Shown here piece after piece: positions 1-8,385 of a stretch of DNA of 64,000 bases. Location: the IMG/VR virus record IMGVR_UViG_3300027969_003844, positions 1-64,000 of that record; one strand, written 5' to 3'. The stretch is from a virus. A program made the position numbers and the translations under genes. The notes below the pieces were generated by a model. The model saw nothing but the letters and a program-made list of their open reading frames with translations. It was not told the origin of the DNA and ran no database searches. Positions within the stretch are counted from its first letter, which is position 1. Each line of letters starts with the position of its first letter.

Positions 1-5
1 ATATT

Positions 6-338
6 TTACAAACCTACAGCCTTTTTAATCACATAGCGAGCAATCTTTTCATCAAAATACATTTGGACACCATCCCGCACAGGGTCGGCAACTACAATCT
101 CGCCTAGTTCTGTGGCAAGGGCCTGTGCAAAGCCTGTTAAAATACTTTGCGTATCTTCCATTTGATCTAAGGGATTACGGTCCAGAATTTCTGAATATTT
201 TGAAATAAGATTTTCTACGTTTGAATTAATCATATTAAATTCCTGAGTGTAAAGGGTTGCGCTTACGCAAATGGGCCAAGGCCTGTTCTTTTGATTCAAA
301 ACGACCCGAGATAGGAGTCTGATGTGCGCCACGCACAA
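6..338 (-). CDS. hypothetical phage protein (likely start ~233, MINSNVE)
   Basis: ORF track; AGGA-type RBS before internal ATG. Confidence 0.55.
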   Translation of the reverse strand: MCVAHIRLLSRVVLNQKNRPWPICVSATLYTQEFNMINSNVENLISKYSEILDRNPLDQMEDTQSILTGFAQALATELGEIVVADPVRDGVQMYFDEKIARYVIKKAVGL

Positions 339-374
339 TGTACCATCCGCCCAATAAACCGTTATAAATGACTT

Positions 375-542
375 TCATTGTAATGTCTCCAATTCTGTAC
401 GAATCACAAGTTCTTGTTCTATGATCGAAATCATAATCTCGTCAAATACATTCCGACTGACCAGTGATCTGTACAATGCCAGCTGTTTTTGCAAAGCTGG
501 CGTGGTCATAGCCTGTATGTTCTTGTGGATGTCTTTGCTCAT
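375..542 (-). CDS. small hypothetical protein (MSKDIHKN...)
   Basis: internal ATG directly after the stop of the upstream gene. Confidence 0.5.
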   Translation of the reverse strand: MSKDIHKNIQAMTTPALQKQLALYRSLVSRNVFDEIMISIIEQELVIRTELETLQ

Positions 543-543
543 A

Positions 544-822
544 TTAATTGCTCCAAAATGCTTCGCTGTCAACACGGCAAGCCCAAGGTGTGTCAGCATC
601 AATTTCTACTGCCTTGCCTGTCATCATATTGCGGACAGTGATCTTAGGCGCACGATAAGTTTCGCGAGCAACAATGTTCAATTCGTTTTCGTTCCAACCT
701 GCTTTGCGGCAAAGACGTGTACGAGTTGCTTTAGCGGCACCAAAAGTTTTGTATGCACGGGTCCGGTTAGGACCATCTGTAACAATAAGGCCGGTGCCTT
801 TGGAAACGATTACGAAGCTCAT
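544..822 (-). CDS. hypothetical early phage protein
   Basis: AAGGAG RBS, ORF track. Confidence 0.7.
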   Translation of the reverse strand: MSFVIVSKGTGLIVTDGPNRTRAYKTFGAAKATRTRLCRKAGWNENELNIVARETYRAPKITVRNMMTGKAVEIDADTPWACRVDSEAFWSN

Positions 823-836
823 GGTGATCTCCTTAA

Positions 837-1064
837 TTAAGCTGAAACTCGTGCATCCATCATTTCTGACAGGATGAATTTGGCAATGTTGATTTGTTTA
901 CGGGCCTGTTCAGTGCGACCCATTGCAAGTAATTCTTGCGAGTCTGACAACACACCCATAGCAACCATTTCAAGACCGGAAAATTTAGCAGTGATGCTGT
1001 TCATGTATTCTTCGCGGATTTGAGCTTCGGACATTCCGTAGCAGTTTGTTTCAAATTCTGTCAT
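837..1064 (-). CDS. hypothetical early phage protein
   Basis: AGGAG RBS, directly downstream of a sigma70 promoter. Confidence 0.7.
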   Translation of the reverse strand: MTEFETNCYGMSEAQIREEYMNSITAKFSGLEMVAMGVLSDSQELLAMGRTEQARKQINIAKFILSEMMDARVSA

Positions 1065-1098
1065 TTTTAAACTCCTGTTTGTTGCTGTCTATGTGTTT

Positions 1099-1127
1099 AT
1101 TATAGTGCATCAGGGCCAAATGGTCAA
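1099..1127 (-). promoter_or_regulatory. sigma70-type early promoter TTGACC-N17-TATAAT
   Basis: read directly from the reverse complement. Confidence 0.85.
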
Positions 1128-1168
1128 CCGTTTTCTGGCATTTTTGGCAGTTTTTTAGCTCAAAAACC

Positions 1169-1184
1169 GTTGTTTTTTAGCAAC
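1169..1184. promoter_or_regulatory. palindromic operator-like site GTTG-N8-CAAC
   Basis: gttgttttttagcaac; recurs near other early promoters. Confidence 0.6.
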
Positions 1185-1277
1185 AAAAGTGTAACATTAA
1201 GTATTACTGTTTATACCGTTTAATTGTATGTCAAAAGCCCATATATCTGAGGGCATTGATCACACAATACTCCTGTA

Positions 1278-1517
1278 TCATCGACCCCAGTCCTTATGAT
1301 CGCCATTGGCTTCGTTCCAAGCATATCCGGCCATGTAGTCTGCAATCTCTTCTGGTGTGAGATCCTTTTTTGTAGAGCCTGAGTTACCGCCTACTCCACC
1401 TTTGTGCGGGCTAGCAAGCCGGCCGTAGTAGCTGTCAGCTGAACCACGATCAAACGGATCACCATGTTCAACTTCATATGTACGACCGTTGTATTTTACT
1501 GTGTAACCTGTTTTCAT
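1278..1517 (-). CDS. hypothetical phage protein (HGDPFDRGSADSYY motif)
   Basis: ORF track, RBS. Confidence 0.7.
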   Translation of the reverse strand: MKTGYTVKYNGRTYEVEHGDPFDRGSADSYYGRLASPHKGGVGGNSGSTKKDLTPEEIADYMAGYAWNEANGDHKDWGR

Positions 1518-1529
1518 TTTTCCCCCTTA

Positions 1530-1934
1530 TTAAGAATCAATTGCTTTACGAAAAATAATCTCTTGCCTGGCAAACGCATCCTGTTCCCAGGGCTGATCCA
1601 GGTATTTGGTGCGTTTGGTGTAACGCCGACCTGCCCAATAATGTACACCATTGACACTTCGAAGAATGCCTTTGGCCATTTGTCTAACGTGGACCATTTC
1701 ATGCGCCAGGGTTAAACCAATGTCCTTGATACTCATTCTAGGTTGTATAACAACCACATAACTGTCAATGATGTCAACTGGAACTGTCATGCCCATGCCG
1801 TCACAGTCGCTTTCTAAACGAATCAGCACAGCCTTGCGACTGTTTGATAGTCCCAATTGCTCAATCATTGAAGGCAATATGGCTTCAATGAACTTGCGCT
1901 TTTTTGCACTGGCGCCATCAACTTTAAATTCCAT
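1530..1934 (-). CDS. zincin-like metallopeptidase
   Basis: LAHEMVH (HExxH) plus downstream PWEQDA motif. Confidence 0.7.
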   Translation of the reverse strand: MEFKVDGASAKKRKFIEAILPSMIEQLGLSNSRKAVLIRLESDCDGMGMTVPVDIIDSYVVVIQPRMSIKDIGLTLAHEMVHVRQMAKGILRSVNGVHYWAGRRYTKRTKYLDQPWEQDAFARQEIIFRKAIDS

Positions 1935-1943
1935 CTTGTTTCC

Positions 1944-2270
1944 TTACAGTGAGTTAAGAGCTGGTTGCATGACTGCAATCAATTCACGTTCACGAGCATG
2001 AGCCGCTGTTTTACCGCGCACCACTTCCAGCAAGTAGGCAGTAAAGCCTTCACGACCATGTGTACGAAGTGCCTCACACAGGTTCCAGTTCTTGCTTTCT
2101 GTTTTTGCACGGCTCAAGTGACGGTTAAAACGTCCACGCACAGAGCTCAATGCAGTACCATCTACCACAGTGATACCAATGTAGCTTTCACCTGTGACTT
2201 CGCAAAACAATTCGTAAATTGCATGATTGCGATCGGTACGGCGCTTGCGGGTTACTGTTTTGCTGTTCAT
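1944..2270 (-). CDS. GIY-YIG nuclease-domain protein
   Basis: AIY...YIGIT, R..H, and E in ARERELI. Confidence 0.7.
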   Translation of the reverse strand: MNSKTVTRKRRTDRNHAIYELFCEVTGESYIGITVVDGTALSSVRGRFNRHLSRAKTESKNWNLCEALRTHGREGFTAYLLEVVRGKTAAHARERELIAVMQPALNSL

Positions 2271-2276
2271 GTTATT

Positions 2277-2305
2277 ATTATAGCCGAAAAGTGGTCCTGC
2301 GTCAA
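2277..2305 (-). promoter_or_regulatory. sigma70-type promoter TTGACG-N17-TATAAT (leaderless spacing)
   Basis: -10 box is 6 nt before the ATG at 2270. Confidence 0.85.
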
Positions 2306-2355
2306 CCGTTTTTTGGGATTTTTCAGCTTTTTTTTGGGATTTTTGAGCTGATTTT

Positions 2356-2407
2356 TGTTGTATTTTTGCAACAAATCCCCTGCTTTAAGCGTTGCAAAAA
2401 TACAACA
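2356..2407. promoter_or_regulatory. two inverted copies of the TGTTGTATTTTTGCAAC(A) palindrome
   Basis: 2356-2373 and 2391-2407. Confidence 0.65.
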
Positions 2408-2415
2408 GATTTTGC

Positions 2416-2703
2416 TTATTTTTTAGGCAAATCTTTTGCTAATTCGTACCAGCGTGTGGCGTTTTTGTAATTAAAATTGGGATGTCTGAACATATAATCC
2501 CGCTTGCGCTCTGCAATCTCTAGTGCATCTAACATACGCATTTTGTCATTGAATGGCAGTGCCATTAATACTTGATTCATATCTGTAATGTCTAGCATGT
2601 ACTCCACCCATTTTTCTGTGGCTTTTATTTTATGAAAACTGGCTTGCCCTTTGTTATTGTTATTGGTGGCAGTATATTTGCGAATAAAATTAATTGCTTG
2701 CAT
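2416..2703 (-). CDS. hypothetical phage protein
   Basis: AAGGAG RBS, ORF track. Confidence 0.7.
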   Translation of the reverse strand: MQAINFIRKYTATNNNNKGQASFHKIKATEKWVEYMLDITDMNQVLMALPFNDKMRMLDALEIAERKRDYMFRHPNFNYKNATRWYELAKDLPKK

Positions 2704-2765
2704 AACTACTCCTTTTGAATTGAATGTATATTATACAATAATATTAATTGTATGTCGACAACTGG

Positions 2766-2783
2766 TGTTGTATTTTTGCAACA
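2766..2783. promoter_or_regulatory. TGTTGTATTTTTGCAACA palindrome upstream of a TCGACA-N17-TATAAT promoter
   Basis: exact copy of the 2356 site. Confidence 0.65.
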
Positions 2784-2879
2784 GGATTTATGTGCTAAAG
2801 TTGTGTGTTTTTTACTGGTTATGAGATAAGTAAATACATGCCTGAGTAGATAATATCAGGATTTCCAAGGATTAATAAA

Positions 2880-3206
2880 ATGAGAACATTGATAATTACC
2901 ACTTACACAAGACCTATTCCTACCAATGGTACCACGCCAGCTGACTGGTGGTGGAACGCAACGACAACAACAGGCCTTCAGAAAAAAGCATTGAATGTAC
3001 ATAAAGGCATGATTCGTGCCAATACCAAGCATGGGAAAGATCAGTATGTATCTTTCCAAATTTTTGCCAACGATGCCGCAGTTACCAGTTATAATACTGA
3101 CCTGGCACTTTCTACTTCAGAATTGCATTTGGCTCAAGCATCATTGAATACCTATAATTCAGCTCGCGGTATTACCAGTACTACAACAACATCACAGATT
3201 GCTTAA
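2880..3206 (+). CDS. small protein with YTRP...WW...YNxAxGIT motifs (paralog 1)
   Basis: shares motifs with 3366-3665. Confidence 0.7.
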   Translation: MRTLIITTYTRPIPTNGTTPADWWWNATTTTGLQKKALNVHKGMIRANTKHGKDQYVSFQIFANDAAVTSYNTDLALSTSELHLAQASLNTYNSARGITSTTTTSQIA

Positions 3207-3221
3207 TACTGAAAACCAAAA

Positions 3222-3248
3222 TAAATGGGCCTAGTGGCCCATTTTGTT
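3222..3248 (+). terminator. intrinsic terminator
   Basis: aaatgggcc-tagt-ggcccattt followed by T-rich run. Confidence 0.7.
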
Positions 3249-3365
3249 TATCTGCTACTTATTTTACAATAACAATTTGCCCATAATTGATATGAAAGTG
3301 CATGTACGCAATTAAATAATCACTAAATAAAGAATATGCAAAACAATTTGCTAAGGAGATATTAA

Positions 3366-3665
3366 ATGAAAACTATCGAAACTACAATTTACACTCGCCC
3401 AGAAGTTGACGAAGGCGAAATGTTAAAGCCTTGGTGGCAACCAAATGAAGACCAGCGCAAGGCATTGCGTCAAAATAACGTAGCAATTGCTCGTACAGGC
3501 ACAAGCCCAACAACTCAACTTGAAGTAATTTATTTTAATACTGAAAAGGCCATGGACACATGGAAAGCCAAAGCTGAAGTTCAAGCAGTGGCTGCCGCTC
3601 GTGATGCATATAATGCTGCCAATGGCATCACTGCGTCTGCTACTTCAATTGCAACAACAGCGTAA
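3366..3665 (+). CDS. small protein with YTRP...WW...YNxAxGIT motifs (paralog 2)
   Basis: AAGGAG RBS; motifs shared with 2880-3206. Confidence 0.75.
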   Translation: MKTIETTIYTRPEVDEGEMLKPWWQPNEDQRKALRQNNVAIARTGTSPTTQLEVIYFNTEKAMDTWKAKAEVQAVAAARDAYNAANGITASATSIATTA

Positions 3666-3693
3666 TTGGTATATTAATAGGTTGGCTCCGGCA

Positions 3694-4548
3694 ATGAGCA
3701 TCAGAGTATTAAAAGAATTAAAAAGTGTTAATTCCAATAGTAAAAAACTAGTGTTTGCACTGCAAGATGACACTCAAATAGAAAGTGTCATCTTGCCACA
3801 TCCGTTTGATGAATCATTGTTTGGTATTTGTGTAAGTGTGCAGGTAGGGTGTGCAGTTGGTTGTACATTTTGCCAAACAGGTAAAGATGGGCTAACCCGC
3901 AATCTTTCGTCAGACGAAATAATTTATCAATTTGAATTTGCACAACAGCAACAGTATCCAAAAAATATAAGAACTGTAGTTTTTATGGGCATGGGAGATT
4001 CTGCTCATAATATTGATAATGTACTAACGGCTGTTGACGAATTTGCCAACAGAGGCCTGGATCCAAATAACATTATTGTTAGCTCAGTTGGTACACCCAA
4101 GTTTTTTGATAAACTAGAATCATCAGCGGTCAAACCTCGACTGGCCATTAGTCTACATTCTGCTGTGGATGCCACTAGAAAATCTATTATTCCAATGAGT
4201 AATTTAATGCCGATTAAAGATTTAATTAAACGTGCAACTGATTATGCCAGGATAGATAGGACTGTAATGTTCCAATGGACCTTATTGGCCGGCATTAATG
4301 ATTCAGAATCTGAAATTGATGCCCTGGTAAACTTGCTAGCACCATTCAAAGATCGTGCTGTTATACAAATAATTCCCTGGAATTACGTTGAAGGAACACC
4401 ACATACCCCATCTCCAGAATTTAGAATATTAGAAATACTTGATATTCTTGGTAAGTTAGGATTTCAACATTCCAGAAGATATTCACATGGCAAAGATATT
4501 GGCGCGGCATGCGGACAATTATCTAAATTATCTAAAAATACAATTTAA
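3694..4548 (+). CDS. RlmN/Cfr-family radical SAM methyltransferase, N-terminally short
   Basis: IESV, CVSVQVGCAVGCTFC, VFMGMGD, LAISLHS, DIGAACGQL; start moved from 3601 to ATG 3694. Confidence 0.85.
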   Translation: MSIRVLKELKSVNSNSKKLVFALQDDTQIESVILPHPFDESLFGICVSVQVGCAVGCTFCQTGKDGLTRNLSSDEIIYQFEFAQQQQYPKNIRTVVFMGMGDSAHNIDNVLTAVDEFANRGLDPNNIIVSSVGTPKFFDKLESSAVKPRLAISLHSAVDATRKSIIPMSNLMPIKDLIKRATDYARIDRTVMFQWTLLAGINDSESEIDALVNLLAPFKDRAVIQIIPWNYVEGTPHTPSPEFRILEILDILGKLGFQHSRRYSHGKDIGAACGQLSKLSKNTI

Positions 4549-4563
4549 TTTAGACCCAAATTA

Positions 4564-4590
4564 AAAATAGGCCTTAAAGGCCTATTTTTT
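4564..4590. terminator. bidirectional intrinsic terminator
   Basis: aaaataggcc-ttaaa-ggcctatttt between convergent genes. Confidence 0.8.
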
Positions 4591-4990
4591 ATCGTCCAAT
4601 ACCTTGTCGGTATGCTTCTTGTTCTCTACGTCGTTGTTCTTCTAAATAACGTTGACGTGCGCCACGTTGACAAGCTTCGCGTTCACGATAGGTTGGATAT
4701 GAATTGCACACTGGACTAACAATGACCACACGCTCATGACTTAGTGCAGGCTCGCGAACCACTACAGTTCTACCTCCGCTTTGTTGTGCATCCATGCTGG
4801 CACCAACATTGCTACCAATTGCGGCACCAGCCATTGCACCAACACCTGTGGCCAGTACGCCACCAACCGAGTGGCCCAAGATACCGCCAGCAACTGCACC
4901 AGTTACTGCACCTGCGTCACGATTGGTTGCACAACCTGTAAGTGAAAGGCCTGCTACAATTGCTGAAATTATTACAATATGTTTCATCAA
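4589..4990 (-). CDS. glycine-zipper 2TM lipoprotein
   Basis: lipobox LTGC followed by GxxxG repeats. Confidence 0.8.
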   Translation of the reverse strand: MMKHIVIISAIVAGLSLTGCATNRDAGAVTGAVAGGILGHSVGGVLATGVGAMAGAAIGSNVGASMDAQQSGGRTVVVREPALSHERVVIVSPVCNSYPTYREREACQRGARQRYLEEQRRREQEAYRQGIGR

Positions 4991-5074
4991 ATATTCTCCA
5001 CGTTTCTGTAAACAACTATAATATAGTGTATAACAAGATATTTGTCAAGTCATTATGGACAAATAGCATTAAAA

Positions 5075-5168
5075 TGCTCACTTTTGGGGTTCCGGTAGCG
5101 AATCGGATGGCCCAGGCCAGCAGCCGGCCCACACTTACGGTAACAAGTACCGGTCCTAAGGTGTGTTC
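5075..5168 (-). ncRNA. candidate structured ncRNA with several stems and a pseudoknot, family unassigned
   Basis: GC-rich island; stems CACAC/GUGUG, CGGUA/UACCG, GGCCG/UGGCC, UCCG/CGGA; loop UUCGCU can pair with downstream AGUGAG. Confidence 0.65.
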
Positions 5169-5171
5169 TTA

Positions 5172-5435
5172 TTATTCTTTTGCGGCAGTTTTCAGACCTA
5201 GTTCTAATTCCAAGTCTGGCAACTCCATGTAATTTACCTGATAAAAACCAGCGTCGTTAATTTCAACGGCATGAGCATATTCAGTTTCCAATAACTCTTG
5301 TGCAATAACACCAATCTCAGTTGTTGTTTTGCCTAGATAGTTATATGAATATACGTTAAATCCGGCAACCTGGCCAAGTAGTACGATATTTTCTTTTAAG
5401 CGTCGATCGCTAAATTTAATTGTTTTATTAGTCAT
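5172..5435 (-). CDS. stand-alone Peptidase_S74-like intramolecular chaperone domain
   Basis: SDRRLKENI...Y.Y...GVIAQEL...V.Y. Confidence 0.8.
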   Translation of the reverse strand: MTNKTIKFSDRRLKENIVLLGQVAGFNVYSYNYLGKTTTEIGVIAQELLETEYAHAVEINDAGFYQVNYMELPDLELELGLKTAAKE

Positions 5436-5467
5436 TTTTAACTCTTTAAATGTTATCTACATATTCA

Positions 5468-6043
5468 CTATGAAGACATTATACGGTTTTGAATTATCTC
5501 TATAGTTTTATTGCTTAACACTACTTCATAATGATTCAATGGTAATTCGATAAGTTCCATGTCTGGTCTTGCACGTTGGCTTTCTATTGTAACTACTCCA
5601 TCATTTTCTACAGTTATCCAAGGACTTTGTCCGGCTGTGGTAACAACTTGAGTCCAAGGCGCAGGCAATGATATTGATTTAACTGCACTCATTGGCGCAC
5701 TCAGGGTTCCAATATCACGCATAAGTTGGTTAAATGGCAAAAAGTAGCGAGCAATATCTGCTTCGTGACAACCTCCGTATGGTGTACTTAGCGTTACAGC
5801 ACCACATGTTTTTTCCTTAAATTCATTTGCAAGATGTAAGGCATATATTCCGCCCAGGCTATGTGCAATAAAGAATACATCGTCATTGATATCTTTTATA
5901 CTACTGCACATGGTTTTGAAATTTTGTTTAAACCCCTTTGAACTCTTGTATTCAAACGCAATGTCATTGCCACCTATACAGCTACGTATATAGGTAAAAC
6001 TCTCCGACGTAGCACTGGCACCGTGGATATAAACCAACATCAT
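5468..6043 (-). CDS. alpha/beta hydrolase
   Basis: IHG, AHSLGG nucleophile elbow, NDGVV, NH. Confidence 0.8.
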   Translation of the reverse strand: MMLVYIHGASATSESFTYIRSCIGGNDIAFEYKSSKGFKQNFKTMCSSIKDINDDVFFIAHSLGGIYALHLANEFKEKTCGAVTLSTPYGGCHEADIARYFLPFNQLMRDIGTLSAPMSAVKSISLPAPWTQVVTTAGQSPWITVENDGVVTIESQRARPDMELIELPLNHYEVVLSNKTIEIIQNRIMSS

Positions 6044-6045
6044 AT

Positions 6046-6186
6046 TCAGTGTTTTCCACTGGCCAACCATGCGGCATTGCCTACAAATAACAGTTCAATG
6101 CCTACAATAGGATCCAGATTAAAACTGACTACTACAGCACCTGCTAACATGATAGCAAAGCATAACCATTTGATAGCGGTCAACAT
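6046..6186 (-). CDS. small membrane protein (46 aa, not in ORF track)
   Basis: MLTAIKWLCFAIMLAGAVVV...; fills the gap, GGAG upstream. Confidence 0.5.
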   Translation of the reverse strand: MLTAIKWLCFAIMLAGAVVVSFNLDPIVGIELLFVGNAAWLASGKH

Positions 6187-6189
6187 GTA

Positions 6190-6606
6190 TTACTCCCAAG
6201 GAGTAGGATCCGGTATAGCACAAGGACCTTCAGCAGGTTCTGTACCATAATCAGCTGGAGTTATGATTTCCAAATACTCCATGTCTGGACTGTAGTCGTA
6301 CAAGTAATGCACAATGCCTGGACGTTGCTGTACACAATCTCCGGCTTCAACCAAATGAATTTTGTCTTCGTACATGAACCGGGCCCAACCCTTTAACATA
6401 TAAACGATTTGGAACTCGGCCACGTGAATGTGCCAGCCTGTACCGCCTGAACCTTCTGGTGGCAAGTTGGCTCGAGTAATATGTGCCAGTACTCGTCCGT
6501 TGGTTGCATCTGCTACGCCAAGATCTTTGTACAGGAAAAAGTCGCGTAAACCGCCACCCTTAAACTCTACTTCAGAACCTTTAACGTGTGAAAACTTTGT
6601 AGTCAT
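6190..6606 (-). CDS. cupin-domain protein
   Basis: WHIH...FQIVYMLKG...GD...PGIVH. Confidence 0.85.
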   Translation of the reverse strand: MTTKFSHVKGSEVEFKGGGLRDFFLYKDLGVADATNGRVLAHITRANLPPEGSGGTGWHIHVAEFQIVYMLKGWARFMYEDKIHLVEAGDCVQQRPGIVHYLYDYSPDMEYLEIITPADYGTEPAEGPCAIPDPTPWE

Positions 6607-6634
6607 TGTTGTCTCTCTAGTATTTTAATTTATT

Positions 6635-7522
6635 TTACCACGCACGGCAAGACCAGTAACGTGCTTTCCAACGCGGCCCTGGATCAGTATCGCAGTGGTG
6701 ACGAGCCCTAAAGCTCTTTCTGTGAGCTGGACTGTTCTTTTTAATACGCATATTAGGATCGCCAAAGTTTACTTTGACCACATTGCCTTTGGCATTGCGT
6801 ACATATACTTTTGATTTTTTTACGTCGCCTTTCATGGGCTTGCCCAATGGAACATCACGGCCGTGATATTCTGCTTCGTTGGTTGATTCAGGTACACAAT
6901 TATTGACTCTGACACCGCCTTTGATTTTGGTACCAGACTTTTTATAACCTTTCCAACAGCTTTTATCTAATCTTTGTCGAACACTTTCTTCTAACTCAAT
7001 GTTGTTTTCCAAATCATGTTTGATCAGTTGCAGTAATTCCTTGGCAGCACCATCGCCCCACTCTATGCTTTTGACAATGGCATGTGCGCCTTCTGTTCCA
7101 ATTTGATCTACAATATGTTGCAATAATTCTTTGGTCAGATGCGACATGCCTTCAGCGTCACCTTCGCCTTCGTTGGTTTTACTGGCACAGTGAGCTCGTT
7201 GGCTAAATCCCTTGGGATGAGCACAGTTGATACTGTTCTTGTACTTTTGACTCCACTTTTCATCTACCTGTGATTCTGAAGTGGTTCGACTTTGTTTTGG
7301 TCCTTGTCGGCATTTCCATTTCTTATCTGTAGAACAATAGTACTTGCCGTGTGTGCAAGTTTCCGTTAATTCTGTTAAACCAGCTTCGCTAAATTCATAG
7401 ATGTATCCATCTTCGGTTTCAGCAACAATACGTCCCTCTACCACAGTGTCAGGGTCTGTTTCAAATTCAACAATGTCACCAATGGACAGATTGTCATTGT
7501 CAATTAGTTCTCTTATTAGCAT
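6635..7522 (-). CDS. modular putative virion-internal protein (start MLIRELI)
   Basis: Cys-containing modules (KWSQKYKNSINC, CWKGY...NNCVP, FGDPNM...FRARHHC...YWSC) separated by xxE motifs. Confidence 0.7.
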   Translation of the reverse strand: MLIRELIDNDNLSIGDIVEFETDPDTVVEGRIVAETEDGYIYEFSEAGLTELTETCTHGKYYCSTDKKWKCRQGPKQSRTTSESQVDEKWSQKYKNSINCAHPKGFSQRAHCASKTNEGEGDAEGMSHLTKELLQHIVDQIGTEGAHAIVKSIEWGDGAAKELLQLIKHDLENNIELEESVRQRLDKSCWKGYKKSGTKIKGGVRVNNCVPESTNEAEYHGRDVPLGKPMKGDVKKSKVYVRNAKGNVVKVNFGDPNMRIKKNSPAHRKSFRARHHCDTDPGPRWKARYWSCRAW

Positions 7523-7629
7523 ATTAGTGTTGTCCGTAGGGATTGCGGTAGCGGTCAGTACCATCGTCTTCGGGATAGACATAATAAATGTCAGGATTTG
7601 TTACAGGCTCTGTTAATGGAGGCTGAACT

Positions 7630-7911
7630 TCATCTTGTTGAGTCTGATGGGGTTGGTCCAAAAGTATCTTCTCCATAAGGATTTTCTCCAGAAAGTTGTG
7701 GTCGGGCAAACCAAAGTTTAAACCAAGCCTCTGTTCCTGGTTCAATTTTGTGTTTACGCATATAAGCGGCCTTGTCAGATGCACCATGTGTCAGCGGACT
7801 GTCGTCGCCGGATACTTTGCCTTTTGCACCAGTACCTTGCGAAATACCTGCAAGTTTACGCAAACGTTCTATATCAACAGGCCCGCTATTATCAATGTCT
7901 CTGAGATTCAT
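7630..7911 (-). CDS. hypothetical late protein (RKLAGI motif)
   Basis: ORF track; coupled to upstream gene. Confidence 0.7.
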   Translation of the reverse strand: MNLRDIDNSGPVDIERLRKLAGISQGTGAKGKVSGDDSPLTHGASDKAAYMRKHKIEPGTEAWFKLWFARPQLSGENPYGEDTFGPTPSDSTR

Positions 7912-8252
7912 TATTCAGCTTGTAACATTTCTGCACGAACATCTTCTACCATGTCAATCATGGCACGAACACCGTAACTGAAATGCATCTGTTCTTCTTC
8001 GTCCATTAGTTCTTTTGTACGTTCGTACAGTGTCACGTATTGTTGAAAATTGGTACGAACACGTTCCAGTCCTGCTTCTATGTTGTTTAACAATGTGCTT
8101 AGTCGTTGTTCTTCACTTGCACCCATGGCTTCTGCAACTGATACACCAGTAGCAGTAGAAGCATTCATGATACCTGCTAGCTTTTGAATTCGGCTGATAT
8201 CAATTTCTTCTTGCACGTTGATACTGGCCTGGCCTTCTTTTAATTGTTTCAT
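7911..8252 (-). CDS. hypothetical late protein (QKLAGI motif)
   Basis: ORF track. Confidence 0.7.
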   Translation of the reverse strand: MKQLKEGQASINVQEEIDISRIQKLAGIMNASTATGVSVAEAMGASEEQRLSTLLNNIEAGLERVRTNFQQYVTLYERTKELMDEEEQMHFSYGVRAMIDMVEDVRAEMLQAE

Positions 8253-8256
8253 AATT

Positions 8257-8373
8257 TTACTTTTTATTGATCATAGCAATGATTCGTGCTTGAACTAACT
8301 TGGCCCATGATGGTTGTGGCATGTTCCATCCAATAAATGCACCTACAGCAATCCATAATAGTGTGTCTAACAT
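8257..8373 (-). CDS. small membrane protein (38 aa, not in ORF track)
   Basis: MLDTLLWIAVGAFIGWNMPQP..., AAGGA RBS. Confidence 0.65.
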   Translation of the reverse strand: MLDTLLWIAVGAFIGWNMPQPSWAKLVQARIIAMINKK

Positions 8374-8385
8374 AATCTTTGTCCT

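Noticed and set aside
1944-2270. Intron- or intein-associated homing endonuclease (also HNH at 43288-43851)
   Set aside because: Both are free-standing; no interrupted gene or intron core seen.
5075-5168. tRNA or HDV-like ribozyme (contains GGCCGGC)
   Set aside because: No T-loop/anticodon cloverleaf or CCA; GGCCGGC closes a local hairpin and I could not build the HDV nested double pseudoknot.
7524-7787. 87-aa ORF overlapping 7630-7911
   Set aside because: Mostly overlaps a better-supported gene; only a short 3' part (MEKILLDQ...) might be real, with insufficient evidence.
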